A stretch of DNA of 64,000 bases from Orbicella franksi. Its lineage: Eukaryota. Every line of letters starts with the position of its first letter. Positions within the stretch are counted from its first letter, which is position 1. The translations under genes were made by a program, and so were the position numbers. Of the stretch, positions 35,434 through 50,269 are shown in pieces. The notes beneath the pieces were generated by a model, which made no database searches, was not told where the DNA came from, and was given only the letters and a program-made list of their open reading frames with translations. Where the stretch lies: positions 27,280,001 to 27,344,000 of the forward strand of contig OZ116705.1 in the NCBI GenBank assembly GCA_964199315.1, written 5' to 3'.

Positions 35434-38400
35434 ATGCATGGCCATAGGCTTCTAGCGTTTCTCCTTTTTCAAAGAATGATAAATGTTTGTTATCTCGCGG
35501 TCGCAGAAGACCTTACATGGTCTCGCTCGGCGTATTTCACGACGCACGAGAATCAGCGGCTTGAAGGCCACGTCGTTGAGCAGTTTGAGTCACCTAGTTC
35601 AATATCGTGCAGTTATTCTTGTCTGAGAAATCCCTGGTGTACTTCCACAAACTTCAACGTGTTATCCGAGAAGAACGACAGAGGAACGTGCGAACTGAAC
35701 AAGCACGGAGTCCTCGATGAAAACTCTGAGTTTCATGAAAAAGACGGAGTGACATTTTCTTTGATCCAGAAGGTAGGGCATTATTAGCAAACGTTTTTGA
35801 CCAGTTGTATTAAGGAAGTTCGCACTGTCTTCCTTTATACGAATATATCTTCGCAAACTCATTAATAATACACCTTTTGCTGTTCATTTACAGAAAATAA
35901 ACATTCATTTGTTTCCAAGTTTCTTTCATTATGATCATTAAACTCTCATTAACACCAATATGACCTTCATTTGCGCGTAAGGAACGTTCAAGAAAAACAT
36001 TTACATATGCATTAACATTCAAAATCATCAAAAGAAAAACAATACCTTCATTTGACATTCATTGACTGTAAATGTATTTTCATTTTGGTCGAAAAAAAAT
36101 TCGTTGTCACGAAACGACAATCATTTACACTTTACGACATTCAGTTTTCAACAAAAGACTTTCAATAACACAATTTGCATGAGAACTAACATTCAATTGC
36201 ATTACTATGCAACCATATCCATGAAGGTAACAATCTTTAATGCGGCGAGACAAACATTACAGCCATAATAACATTTATTTTTGAAAGATAGAATATCAAA
36301 TTCGCTGAACGATTTATCCTTCAATTGCCACACTAGTAAATAGTAAATAGTCTTCATTGACATCTTCAAAAGCCCTGACTATCCTTTCGCAGTGTTCAAA
36401 TGCGATTCTATTTCTTCGTGGCATTTCTGGACAAATCGAACTGTCACTACATGCACATGTATGTCACACGAATACTGTAGTGCGCCCTCTGAGTTGTACG
36501 CAAAAAGTTTCGTAAGTGGCCGAATTTATATCTGCAAGGGGAGGATTGTGAAATTATGATTTGAAAAAAGTACATATGGTCCCTTGTTCTATAATCAAAT
36601 TTTCGAGGAAAATTGGGCGAGATATCTCTGTTCAAAAGAATTACGCTAATGAGCGATTGTTTTCTCTTAACGTTAGGTGAAAACACGGTAATGTATGTCT
36701 CACCGCATTTAAGATTGTTACCTTCATGGATATGGTTGCATAATAATGCAATTGAATGTTAGTTCTCATGCAAATTGTGTTATTGAAAGTCTTTTGTTGA
36801 AAACTGAATGTCGTAAAGTGTAAATGATTGTCGTTTCGTGACAACGAATTTTTTTTCGACCAAAATGAAAATACATTTACAGTCAATGAATGTCAAATGA
36901 AGGTATTGTTTTTCTTTTGATGATTTTGAATGTTAATGCATATGTAAATGTTTTTCTTGAACGTTCCTTACGCGCAAATGAAGGTCATACTGGTGTTAAT
37001 GAGAGTTTAATGATCATAATGAAAGAAACTTGGAAACAAATGAATGTTTATTTTCTGTAAATGAACAGCAAAAGGTGTAAATCATCAAGTTTAAACAAAG
37101 GAAATCATGACCGTGGCGGTGTCTGGATATCTGATCTTAATTAGAAAAGATTTCTCCCTAGTTTTCGTTTCGATTGAGAAGATATATCAAACACTCATGA
37201 CAGTGTTTGACCACACTTCTAAATACCTCGAAGCTCGTCAAAATATTCCGCTGCGCGTCGTATTTTCAACTCACTTCTCGGTGTTTAGAAATGTAGTCAA
37301 ACTCGGTCTTTCGTGTTTGATATATTACTAACAAGAATACCGAGACGAAAATTTGCGAAATTTTAAGAATACTTTGAGAGAAACCGGAGGCTAAGACTCT
37401 AAAAAGAATATAATTTTGCCTGTTGAAAATTTCTTTAAAAAAATGCATAATACAATAACATGTTTTTGCTAAAGCACATAAAATTCTTCCTTTCTCTAAA
37501 CGGCAAAACTAGCCAAAAAACAACAAACTCGGCACTAGCCTTATGCTCGACGCTAACAACATTTCTGCAAAAAGTTGCGTGTGTCATATGGGGCTTTATT
37601 GACTGCAGCCTGGCTCCAAACTTACTTCAACACCATCAAAATCATGAGAATTTCTTTAAAAAAAATATCTAAGAACATTCACAAGAAGATTTTTAAGCTA
37701 ACATCGCCAGAAAGAATAGTTATATAAGAACTTTGAGCGTGGGCCGGAAAAACCATATTCTTATTTAAAAAAAAAAGAGTGTAATCCAGACGAGACTGCT
37801 GAATTTATGGTTTGCTTCAAGCTCTCTATCATTACTTTTGTCCATTAGTGGTCGCTTCGTGCTTAGGATAAAAAGTTTACTATGAAGAGCTCAGTTAAAT
37901 TTGACAGTTATTTCTAAAAGCGTTGCCTATTCGTCAAGAGATCAGTAAATATGTCATTCTTTGCTTGAAAAAGCTTCGCGTAAAAAGTGTAATAAAACTT
38001 TTGATTATTCATTGGGTCTTTTCAGTTGCCAACCTCCTCTAGTAAAGAGTATGTCAATCTTTGTTTTTAAAGTGCCTCTCGTGAAAAGCACATGTGGTTG
38101 AAGTTGAACATTTCAATCTTCGCACCAAATGTGTTACTCGTGAATAGTTCATGATCAGTAAAATATATCAGCACAGTGTTTCAAATGTGCCATTTCTTGT
38201 TCCAAAAGGACTTCTCGAGATCAGCGAAGTAAAACGCTTTTCGTTCTAAATGTGTTTCTCGTGAAGAGCTCAGTAAAATATTTACTCTTCGTTCTCAAAG
38301 CACGTCGCAAACTGGCCCAATAAAACATGACATTTTCTTTTTTCTAAAAGTGCCACGAATGCGCGCTTAAGTACTACGAGAGTTAAAATGTACGCTTGTT

Positions 38401-41400
38401 GAAACCCGGGACCTCCCCTGCTTAATGTAAAATACGGTTCTGTCCGTATAAATTATAGCTTATTCTAATTCTAGCAGTCCTAAACAAAGAAAATACTCCC
38501 TCAGTGTACCAATGCTCGACGACACAACCTAAAATACTACCTGACAAATTATAGCTTCTTACTAATGCGCCAGCACTGTAGTCGATTCTTAATGTTTTAA
38601 GCAACAAGGAGAAAAAGCATACCAATGAATTTTTCGTTTGAATCACTCCTTTTTCATCTGCAACGTAACGGCCTGGTAAGTTTTGGAGGATTTTCCACCG
38701 ATGGCCTTTTCCAGCTTTTTCAAGGTTTTTTACAAGCCGCAAGGGTGCTCCGGTAAAATTGGATTTTGTTTTTCTGGATCAACTGCAGTCCTCCAAGTCT
38801 ATTTATTAAGTTTAAACCAACAGAATGATGTCCTTGGCTGTTTCTGGATTTCTGGTAGTTTTGGCATAGATTTTTTTACCATATTATTGTTACATTTTCT
38901 CCTCTTAAACCCCATTAAGGCTTCGATTTAAAAAAAAGAAAAAAAAAAGATATTTAACATTCGAGACAGTGTTTTTATCTCGAGAATCGTCAAAAATTAT
39001 CTGCTGCGCGTCATATTTTCAGCTCTCTTCTCGTTGATTGGAAATGTGGTAAAACACGGTGTCTCGATCGTGTGTAATGCATTACTGCGCATACAGCTAC
39101 AGATATTCAATTGCTTTTGATATTCTCTTCGCCTGCTATTTTGAACTGTAGGGATGTCTCATAACCGGCTGTCATAATGGTGGCGTTTGTGTAGCTGACG
39201 AGATGAAACAAACATTTTCATGTTTGTGCCAGGTACCGTGGGCTGGAGCAAAATGTGACATTAAAATCGGTAAGAAATGTAAAAGCTCATATGAAGGCAA
39301 CAGGCAGATGCTGTCAATGGTATCGACTGGGTTGAATCACTTCCTTTAACGATCTACTCGTAGGTTTGGTGACGGATTTCCGCTGACCCAAATGCATAGT
39401 CGTCATATCTTCAATGGTACAGTAGCCCATTTCCAAGTTACCCCAAACCTCTCTATCAAAGCGAGGCCTGGTCAACAACTTTCATATGAAAATGAGTTTA
39501 CTTTTGCATGTGAATGAAGTCTCATTTTCGTATGAAAGGATGGACACCAAGACTCGCTTTAAGAAAGAGCTAAGCTGAAGGCAATTCGAACCTTGTCGAA
39601 GATGGCGGCAGAGGGACAAAGTTCCCGCAACAAACCTTGGAAAAGCAAAACAGCGATGCCAATTTCAAATATATCCCAGTGCTAAAGATAACTTGGAGTA
39701 AGACATAATTGTCAACAAATGAAACAAATTGCGTATAAGACCGCTTTGGCTATTTGCCAAAGTATTGAATTAATTGACAACTTTGTAACATCTTTAATTT
39801 GTTCATCTTTCAGATGCCTCCACGTGCGACGAGGCCCAAATGAAAGGCAACCAGATGTTACAAAATGGAGAATATCTGTTAACAAATGGAAGCTTGTCAT
39901 TAAAGGTAAGCAAGATTAAGAAATCATTACTTCCTTGTTATAATGCCATAACGCTGCGTGCCGTCTATTGTTGTAGCAGCCTAAAGGTCGGAACACACGA
40001 GGGGACCAGTCCCTGTGACTAGTCGCTGCAGCTAGTCCCCTGAAGAGTTTACATGAAGGGACTGCTCGCAGGGACTTGTCCCACGAACAGTTCACACGAG
40101 GCGTTCTGAGGAACAAGTCGCAGGGACTTGTTCCCACAAATTCAAACTGGTTTGAATTCGTGGGACTAGTCGCAGGGACCAAACTTTGCTCCCTGTGACT
40201 AGATTTTGAAGCATAAATGGCCAGTTCACACCATGAGACTTGTCCCTGCGACTTCCTGCAGGGTCTAGTCGCAGGGACTATTCCCCTCGTGTGTGCTGAC
40301 CTTAAAAATAAAGTGNNNNNNNNNNNNNNNNNNNNNNNNNNNNNNNNNNNNNNNNNNNNNNNNNNNNNNNNNNNNNNNNNNNNNNNNNNNNNNNNNNNNN
40401 NNNNNNNNNNNNNNNNNNNNNNNNNNNNNNNNNNNNNNNNNNNNNNNNNNNNNNNNNNNNNNNNNNNNNNNNNNNNNNNNNNNNNNNNNNNNNNNNNNNN
40501 NNNNNNNNNNNNNNNNNNNNNNNNNNNNNNNNNNNNNNNNNNNNNNNNNNNNNNNNNNNNNNNNNNNNNNNACAGCACCACCACAAGCACCCTTTTTTAG
40601 ATCGTTAAATAAATTTTACTTCCTTTCTTGCTACTTATGAGTTTAGATAACATCAGCAAGGAAGCTAAACCTTTTGAAATAACCCCCACGTTGACCAACC
40701 GAGTTGTAGTTTTATCGAGACGTGAATAATTGTGTTAAAACATTTAGGACTAAATTAGCCGACTTTCTCTTTGTTGTCTAAAATGACAGAAAACGATAAC
40801 ATTTCTCTTCCACAAATGCATTTTTGTTTTTAGTAGGTGTAACTGTTGCTAGGTGTTTCCATGGTAACCCATTGTGTCATGAAAGTAGTAACAAAATGTT
40901 CACCAATGACTGAGCAGTTTGTCGATGCCATAATTGTAGCATCAATTGACAAAGAGTGGCTGAAATGCCTATCAAAGTGCTGGAAACTGTTGCTAGCCAC
41001 CTTAAAAACCCGTAACCTCTATTTACACGTACTGCGCGCCTTCAATGTCATCGCTTTAATTCGCTTCTTCCGTATTAGGTGTACTGTCACATGACAGATG
41101 ATGGTAAAGGATGGACTCTGATCGCCCGGTTCTCAAATAGTGACATAAGAAGGTGGATGGTTAAATCCGGACGCTTCTGGTACTTCAAGCAAAAAGCCCT
41201 TGGAAACACAACTAGTCCGTCGATAAATGCTGACATGATCTCTACCGCATTTTGGTTGGTCAGCGGCAGAGAGTTTAAGATCACGCGCAGTGATGACCCC
41301 AATCATACTCCTCTGTTACAGACCACAGGTAACTGTTTGGCTGGACAAACATTCCGATCAAAAATCACCAGTTATGGCAACTTTAGAAATGGCACAGTTT

Positions 41401-41729
41401 GGGCCAGTGACCAGTGCCTGGGAAGCTGCACGGTTCAATATGGCGGTCAGTACAAGTCAACAGACGGGTTTCAACAGGCTGAGTGCAGTGGAGACATCCA
41501 AAGGGCCAACAACATCGGCTTCTGGTGTGACTGGAGTGGTGATGGATCAGTGATGATGATTGGTGGAGGAGGAAGTAGCTGCTCAGGTGCTGATCATGGG
41601 ATTGGAATAACAGCAATGGACGGTGCTTCTTTCTTTGGGAAAGGGGAAACTGAAGATGATTTTGGTTATAATGCTAACTTGACAACCAAGCCATCTCAGG
41701 CATACGCATTGAATCTTTGGATCCACTAA
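35434..41729 (+). CDS. Paralog B copy 2, 399 aa; exons 35434-35772, 39152-39269, 39814-39905, 41079-41729
   Basis: Same splice sites and an intact frame; 10 amino-acid differences from copy 1 by eye. Confidence 0.9.
35871..37077. mobile_element. Foldback Tc1/mariner-type deletion derivative with 390-bp TIRs, present only in copy 2
   Basis: TA|caccttttgc...gcaaaaggtg|TA. The TIRs are 35871-36260 and 36688-37077. The empty site in copy 1 (~10490, attaataataaatcatc) has a single TA. An internal minus-strand ORF at 36314-36424 (MPRRNRIAFEHCERIVRAFEDVNEDYLL) resembles a transposase HTH start. Confidence 0.85.
40316..40571. other. Assembly gap (256 N) at the position of the (CCCTA)n tract of copy 2
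   Basis: The flanks aaataaagtg and acagcaccacc match 13725-13734 and 13856-13866. Confidence 0.98.
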
Positions 41730-43412
41730 AATGCGATTGACCTTAAGCTACATCTTTAAGCTTCTTTAAGAAATCACAGTGATACTATTAGCAAAAAAAT
41801 AAACAAAAAGTAACTTGGTTTGAAATAAATGAATGCAACGCAGGATCTGATGGGAATTGTAAATCAAAATTCTAAGGAATCTTCGTAAAAACCGTGAAAT
41901 ATAATTCAATACTCAGATTAGCTTAATTATAATTTCTGATTACAATCAGTCTTTACATTTAATTCCAAATTAGCTGGTCAATAAAAATCGATATCTTAAC
42001 CGTGAAGTTATTATGATAAGTTGGTTCTCCTCTGTAATTGGCATTATAACTTGATGTGATCTTGAGGGTCACATGTTCTCTAAAAGATTTATACTAATAA
42101 TAAACTCTTGTAGTCGAAGCGCACAGACATGTATTTCCTTACTCATTTACTTATAATAGAAGTTAAACGATTTACCAGCTTGAATCTGCCGGTGGGCCTT
42201 CGACGTGCCGTAGAAAACAAAATTTGACTCATAAAATAAAGGAGCTCAGTCATGGTATCTCTTTTTTCCCCGCACAGACCTTTTACCACTCGTAGTGCAA
42301 CGACCACACCTACGGCCTTGCCTTAAAATGACACTACAAAGCTAAAACGCTGGTACACTTTCACTGTTACTAATCTCGATCGTGAAGACGAAGAATATGA
42401 TAAAGACGCCGATTAAATGTTTGTGTCCAATAGAGGCGATCAAGGCCACTGATATTCTGGGTTCTATGTGCTGGAGGTGGCATCTTAATCAAGGCCCCAA
42501 GCTGTCATACAGAGGTACTTCCCGCGCTCGTTCGTTACGCGTGCGTCGCTTTTTCATCCTCGTTATTACGCTGTCTTCGACTTTTAAAGCTCGCTTGCCT
42601 TTGTCGACGAGACACAATAAAAATTAGCCGCTAAACAACAACTCAGCTTTTCTCCACAACCTCAAACCTCGTTGCTTAACTGCACCTTTTTTTGTAGTTG
42701 ATTTATGACCCAAGTCCTGATCACAAGCAACTAATATAAGGTAGAGTGTTCGTGAGTTTTATTGAGCAACACAATACTGAGGCACATCAAGCGATATCTT
42801 CTCCTCTAATAGAAAACTGCATTTCAGCTTGCGGCGTAACGAATATGATGCTTTTTAGTCGTAGATTCATTATGAGAATGAACACAGCCCCGGCCCTTAT
42901 GTTAGTCCTCCACTCTTTTCGTTAAAAATAAATTGACGGCGTGAGTTCTATCCACTTTACAATTTGACCGATTAGCGTACATGCAGTTTTAGATGTATCA
43001 ATACTAAAAATAAAGGTTTCCATTGCTTTAAATTTAACCAAGTCCAGCCGAGTGCTAAATAATCACGAGAAATACATGTACCCCTAGTAGTTATATTGTC
43101 TTTTGCAACGGAACGAAAATTTTCAAACTGTGCTATTTCCTTCATGTATGGCGCTTTCTATTGTCTACACTCTTTGAAGTAACCAACAAACATTACCTGC
43201 CATTGGATAGTGTATGTCGTCTTTTCTCTGTTCTAATCTCGTGGCCTGATTAATCAAGAAAAAAATTCATGCAACGATATATTTATAGAATTCGACGTCT
43301 TAATTGACGTTCTTCCAGAACATGTGTTAAGTTTCAGAGAGCGGCGAGACTTAAAGACAAGCTTTCTAAAAACACACGTCGCCGTGGCTTAATAGGAGAG
43401 AAAAACTTTGGA

Positions 43413-46400
43413 ATGGTTGGAGTCGCCCTATTTTTGGCAAAGGTTGTCTTGCTTCTTCTCAAACTTAAAACTTCACCATTGTTAATCTCCCTACTGGCTT
43501 TGCATCGTTCGCAAGCGAGCTACAATGTGACAATATTGTTGTTTTACGACGAAACTTGCGATGAACGCATCAAAAAAGAAGCAAGCCAGCTGTCCCACCA
43601 AGATATTTTCCCACGGAAATCTGAAGTAATCAACTTTAGATGGGTAAAAGTCAACGCAACCAGTATTAATCGCAGTCAAGTTGGAGTATTCAGCACTCTT
43701 GAATTTCTAGAAAAACACTCCACAACAGTAGATGGAGCAATTTTTATCGACGTAACGCCCGATTCAGTAGCTTTTTCATCGCTGTTGAAAAGTTTACACG
43801 TCTTAACAGTTGGTTTATTTCAAGAGCAAGGAGGTTTCCGAACTGAGGTAACATAGAGAGATATTTGCGCCTCAAAAGTGTTTTAATTTACCAACTTACA
43901 GTTTAAAAGTCAACAACAAAAGATTGATTTTAATGCTAGCTGGCAAAATGCTTCTTCGACCGCTCAGCCCGATGCCATCAGTGAATCGAACTTGTCGTTA
44001 ATTTCCTGTGATACAAAATCATGAATTTTTAATAAAATTTTCCTTGTCTTTTTCAATGAAAACTGTAATGCTGGTAGCTTAAAATTACTATCAGTAAGAT
44101 TTAATGTTCCTTAAACTTTGAAGGTTTCTTCCCAAACGATTTTGCTAAGCGACTCTGTTGCTCCAACTTGAGGTTTTGAAGATTATTTTCTTTAAGCATG
44201 GTGTATCCGCGAACATATGCCCCATTAAAAACGCAACCGAATGAGCCACGAAATGGGGAGAAAGAATACAGCTAAAAACATTAACTAGAAAAAAAGCCTT
44301 AAAAGCCATTGTCCACCAATATTTGCACAGTTTTCGGAATTCTGCAAAATTACTTTCGCCAGGTCACTCATAGATATTTATTGAACTATGTAATTATTTT
44401 TTAATTTTCTCACCAAATAATCAGTAGCTTTCAATGACATTTAATTAAATTCGTTTCAGTTCTCTTGTCCCACTTTCCTTTATTCTACTTTAGAAATACA
44501 GACAACCACTTAGTAAGTTTATGAAAAAATGTAAGTTTACTACAAGGATCGTGGCATGAATACGTCTCACAACTGTTTCAGATTTCAGTCTTGTTCCGAC
44601 GTTCCGATTTTAGCTTTTCTTTTATCTACGTACATTTTTTATACATACATTTTTATTTTTGTTTTCAAATAAAAATAACAATTATCTCAGTAAAAGAATT
44701 AAAAGATGTAGAGGCGTAGAAACGAAACTCAACTAAAAATAAATTAGGAATAAAAAGCCAATAAACTGACATTTCACACGAAGCGTAAAAGGAATTCAAG
44801 TGAGAAAGTAAGATGTGCCAATTATAATTTTCTTACTGCATTTGATCCGGTCAGGTATTACAAATAAAAAGCGAAGTAGAAAACGTAAGGCAAACAGTTG
44901 AAAGTCCGTTTCGCCTTCTTTTAATCCGTTTTTTTATTTTATTCCTTTATTAGGAACATTCTGGTGATTTTACGAGAGTGGTATTTCCATCAATGTTTCG
45001 CTACGCGACCTCAGTGTGGAGAATTATAAAGAAACATGGATGGAAAACTATTTCGTTAGTGCTGTCTGCTGACTACGAAGGCATCAAATTTGTGGAGAGT
45101 ATGCGAAGCTACGCTTTTCAGGAGAAATGGCAAATTTTTAAGGTAGTCTGGCTAACGGAGGACCCGATTGGAAATGGCACAGAAACAGAATTAAAAGATG
45201 TAGTGAGTAATACGACAAACGATGTTATTGTTATGCACAGCAGGTTGTGGCAGGATGCGCAGCTCTTTGCGATTGTTCAAGAGCTTGGCCTCAGCAAACA
45301 GAAAGCTGTGTGGATTATAACAGAAATCACAAGCCACCAGTTTAAGAACTGTCAGAAACTTCCACAGGGACTGCTAAAGATAAGCCTCAAACGTCCAGAA
45401 AAACATCACGACTACGTTATTTACGAAAATGCTCTTCACGATGCCGTCTCATTGTTTCAACTTTCCTTTGAAGAGAGTTTGAAAGAGTATTCTCTGAATT
45501 TCAATGTAGAGGATTGTGAACAAAGAATCACCCGTGACAGAATAAGGCGCATTTCCAAAAGGTATCTGTCTCTCAATTTCCAACCTTTGTTTTCAAATAT
45601 ATTTCCACCAAGAGAAGATCAAGGTGGAATCCAAGTCCCTCTTAAGTTATATTTAGACATGGAGAGTCCAGGAGAGTTTCTTGAGACTACCTGAGACGAA
45701 ATGGCGGAAAATGTGGGGAAAAGTCTTTGATCCTCTCTTTATTCTCACTCGTTTTTCTAGATGTACAAGTCTTTGTTCATGATCAGTTTTTGAACGACAT
45801 CGTCTTCAATGTGCCCATAAATCGTGCAGCTTTTGTTCTAAACGGGTCTTCCTCTCTCCCAATCCCTTTTAGCTTTCGCTAAAGTTAATTTTCTGCTAAA
45901 TGCTAACACATGCTGTATTTGAAGGCCTAGCTTGAAGATAGCATGAATACCTATATTTAGTTTCGTGGGAGAGGCGAGGAATGGTTCACTCTGTCCATGA
46001 CCAATGAGCATTCGAATAGAAACGCATAAGAGATAATTTCCCAGGCAATTTAACCTGATATTTACATAATTTTACTGTGCAGATACTTGACACAGATATC
46101 ATTGTCGGGGCGAAGTATACTCTTTGATCCTCTTGCGCTCAAGAACAAGCATCCCGCTTTTACAATCTGGAACCTGAAGAGAGACGGAGATGGTGTAAAG
46201 AAATGGTTCCCTGCAGGAATGGGTGCAACCACTGGCCTTGCTATGGAGAAATTCACAGCACCTAACGGAACGCTCATAAAAGCCGCTTCTCAAATTCCAA
46301 AACGTGTTATCCGCGTGGCCGTGAACGATTATCCTCCTCTGGTCAATAAGATACCTCCTGGTGTCGGAGAAGAGTGCTTTGGGAGGTTTGTGGCGTGTTA

Positions 46401-49400
46401 TGAAAACAGCCATAAAGATATGTCGGCTAACATTCCACCAAAGATGTTTTGTTGCTTCGGTGCTTCACTGGACTTTTTGTCGTTTCTCCAAAAAGACCTT
46501 AACTTCGAAGCGTATATCTATTTTACTCCCGATGGGAAATACGGAGTGTACAATGATAGCGCTGGTAAATGGAATGGCATTGTGCAAGAGCTGATAAGTG
46601 GTAGGGCCATGCTTTCATTAGAAATGGGTATGAACAGCAGGCGAGCTGAAGTGCTGGGATTTGCTCATCCAACGCTACTTTTGGAGCTAGGCATCTTGAT
46701 TAACGAGGATGGACACAAAGGTAAGTACCACAAGTAAGTAAGGTAAGGTAAGTTCCACAAGTTGCTCGGCAACTTTTTGGCAACTTCTCGTATTTCGAGC
46801 AACGTTTCTCGTCTCCAGCAACTTCTTACATTCTGAGCAATTTCTCGTTTTCTACCAATTCTGAGAAATCGTAGCAGCTTTTAGTGCTTAAATTAACCTT
46901 TCTTCCATATTTCACAATGATTTGCCTTAATTTGCCTTGATTTTGTGCCTTAACCTTTCAGACATAAATAGAGATTCTTGGCTACACCCCTTCAGCACAG
47001 TTTTATGGTTGTGTCAAATGGCAACTGCTTGCATAGTCTTTGTTGTAATATGGTGTCTGGACCGGAAAAGCCCTCAAGGCTACTATCATGTGCTCAAGGG
47101 CAGTGATGAGGACGGATTCACATTACTGGGTAAACTGGCTTCTTGTACCGTGACAAGAAATTACTGACATCACCCCTCTGAGGAATCGAAATCGGTCGTG
47201 TCTCTACAGTGTAATGCTCATGATTTTGACGGGGGAGAGGTAGTTGGTGACATCGGAGAGCGGTTGAGAACATGTTTGATGACATATTGGCGAAAACTCA
47301 TTGATACACAGATGTGACCTTTTGATCTCGTTGAAGTAAACGTTTCTTTGCAGAGGGGACCGCTAAGATAGACTATGAGTAGTCCCTCTTTCGCTTGCGT
47401 GACGTGAAAGAAACCCTCGAGGAAAAAATGGCCGCGCGAAATCCTGGGGGCGAGAAGCGCACAAAACGAAGTCCCCGCGCGGCCATTATGTTTTCTTTTC
47501 GAGGCTTTCCTTTACGTCAGGCACGACGGACTAAGCGAAAGTGGAACTACTCGTAGTCTACCGCTAAGATGATGAAACCGTTGATTAAGCGGAGTTCGCG
47601 TGTTATTGAAAGCCGCCGTAATACCGAATGAGCATTTCCCATTTCAGTTTGTACTAATTTAGTTATTAGTATAAGTAGGTGAAAAGCTCTCCCAGTTTCT
47701 TTGGCCATTTTGGGCGATGTTTGATCTCTGACATTGTTGACCTTCCAAAGAGAATTTCACAGAGTCGCCCGCTTCCCGCCGCTGGCCAAGGGGAACAAAG
47801 GCTTTGGGTATGAGGTTGAGCGCAATGAAGGCGGGTCCCAGGTTAGCACTTTCAAGAGCACTCGATCTTCATTTTTTAACATTGTTTCTTACTGTTTTGG
47901 CAGATTCCATCAGTTATGTTGGCGGTGTGGCGTTTGGTAAGGATATCGGCCCAGTCAGAACTCCGCTGAGCACAAGTTCACGGCTCGTGTCCTATGTCTA
48001 CTCATGTCTCGCTCTCGTCATGATCAATTCTTACTGCGCTAACCTCATGGCGTTCTTAGTCGAAGAAAAAGTCGGTCTTCCCATAACTGGCGTTCGTGAT
48101 CCTAAGGTACGTGTGTATGCGCTGTATGAGTGCATGAATGTTAATGTTCCAAGTTATCTCCGCGCTTTTTCCGACTCTAACTCAAAACTGGTACTGCGCT
48201 TGAATTTGAATTGACCAATAAGAATACACCTACAATCCTGGTCAAAAATCTTGGGACAATATGCACTTTAGCCAACACATGGAATTTCTGTCAACCTCCC
48301 CCACCCCACCCCCAGCACAATGTTGCTGCTGATCCATCCAAAGTAGGCCCACTATTGTAAGATTGCTTTGGCGCGCGGGGGGGGGGGGGGGGTAGGGGGG
48401 CATCACCAGTTGGCATCTTGTCAAGTGTTTCAAGGAAATCTGGCCAGGATTGTAGTCTGGACGGTTGCTCTGAGAAATGTTAAATAAATTGAAAATGCAT
48501 GTAGAAGGATAGTGAAAAACAGTGCCTGTAGAGAAATCTGAATGTATGTAAGAATTTTTTTTCTTAGTAGCATTCATTCGTGAGGCAAATGTAGTATGAA
48601 AACGAGAATAATTGTTTGACCTAATCATTTATGATTCCCATAAGAGAAAAGAGGTTAATGAGGAAGTTTGAGAGAAAGAGATTTTCGGCCAAAAAAACGA
48701 CAACCTTAATTAACATAATTTGCCGAAAAGAGACGAGCAGAAATTGGTGCTCAAATGACTCGTGCCAGTTTCACAGTCCTCTTGTCTCGTTCCCAGATCA
48801 TCTCTGAACCTCCAGAGTTTAAGGTGGCCGCTGTGCGAGGTTCAAATGAAGAAGATTACTTCAAGCATCATGTTAATTCTTCGTTCCGTAAAATTTATGA
48901 TGTCAACTTGCGAAAAAACAGTGTGACAAGCTTGACATCAGGAGTCGAACAGTTGAAGGCAGGGTATGTTTGATTTAGTTAAATATTTCTGTTCTGATTT
49001 CACTTCTTTACCCTTACATCAAACTTCCAAAAATGACCGTCAAGTTCCAAAATTAATGATCCTCGAATTAACATCCTTTTGCCTACCGTTGTTTCAGGAG
49101 AGGGTTCGCTAAGGTTTCGCTTATCTCTTTTCAAATACTGTACTGCTACGCATGTACCCAACGGCGATAATCTAAGTTCACTATTGCACTGCTATGTAAC
49201 GGACATTTTTAGGCTGAATGTTTCCTGGGTCCTGTGGACAATGAAACTCTCACAAGACTAGGCAAAAACCCCACTAGGGTGATGATGGGTTAGACAATGC
49301 ATTTCCTTCCACGGGCGACATCCCTCACCAGGGAGGGAGTAAACTGACTAGGGAATGTTTCAGAATTCTCTAGGATATGGAGGTCTCCATATGACCCGGG

Positions 49401-50269
49401 CAGGCCAGTCCTGTTATAAGGAGGTGGTTTGTGCGTCTTGAACAATTTAGCCTAAATGTTTTAAGTTCGTCGTTTGTAATCCTTGTTAATCTTCTCCATC
49501 CTTAACCCTCCTTGTTTCTTTACAGTTTATTATTATCTCTTTGGAGTTTTTCTATCTCAGTAAACTACTATTTTCAGGTTTCCTTCAATTTAAAGGTAAT
49601 TTTGTCCGTGGCCAAAATAACTCAAAATACCGCGATTGAGCTTCTTTAATCGCTATGTGTCACTGATATTCTTCCAGGACTATCGACGGCTTAATAGGCG
49701 ACTACTTGTCTCTCCGTCACATCGCCAGCACAGACAAGGACTGCAATTTCATTTTGATTAAAGAACACTCTCTCAAGTCAGGCTACGGTTTTGCCGTCTC
49801 TAAACATGGCATGCCATGGCTGCAAGAGATTTCCCTCTCGGTCTTAAAGCACCAGGAAAACAGCACTGTGAAGTCGATCGAGGAGCGATGGTTTCCCAAA
49901 CAGACCTGTGGAAGAAATGAGCACCGACCTCTGAAAGCCATCGACTTTGCTGGCCTCTTCTGGGTTCTTGTCGGAGTGGCCGCTTTTTCGTTGCTGGCCC
50001 TTCTTGTAGAAAGCCTGTTGGTGTTTACCTTGATCAAATGCGGTAAGTGCCTGGGACCGTTTGGAAGGCTTTTGAAAAGATTCTTGTTTGATGTGAAGAA
50101 AGGTGAAGAGGATTACTTCACCTTGCAGTATCGTCCAGCTGGGCTAATGGCGAGAAGCTGGACAGTTGAAACGACCAATGAGGATACCACACAAGAGCAA
50201 ACAAGTTACGAGAACCAGGGCTTTGTCGATATCGGTGAACTGGAAAGAAAAATCGCTTCCTTGCGATAG
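43413..50269 (+). CDS. NMDA-type iGluR-like subunit, copy 2; exons 43413-43847, 44954-45561, 46083-46720, 46962-47129, 47904-48106, 48797-48963, 49678-50269
   Basis: The translations match copy 1 in every exon; splice sites are intact. Confidence 0.92.

Noticed and set aside
36062-36886. Two near-identical ORFs on opposite strands
   Set aside because: They are mirror translations of the 390-bp TIRs, not genes.
39916-40640. ORFs full of X in the ORF track
   Set aside because: Artefacts of translating through the N gap.
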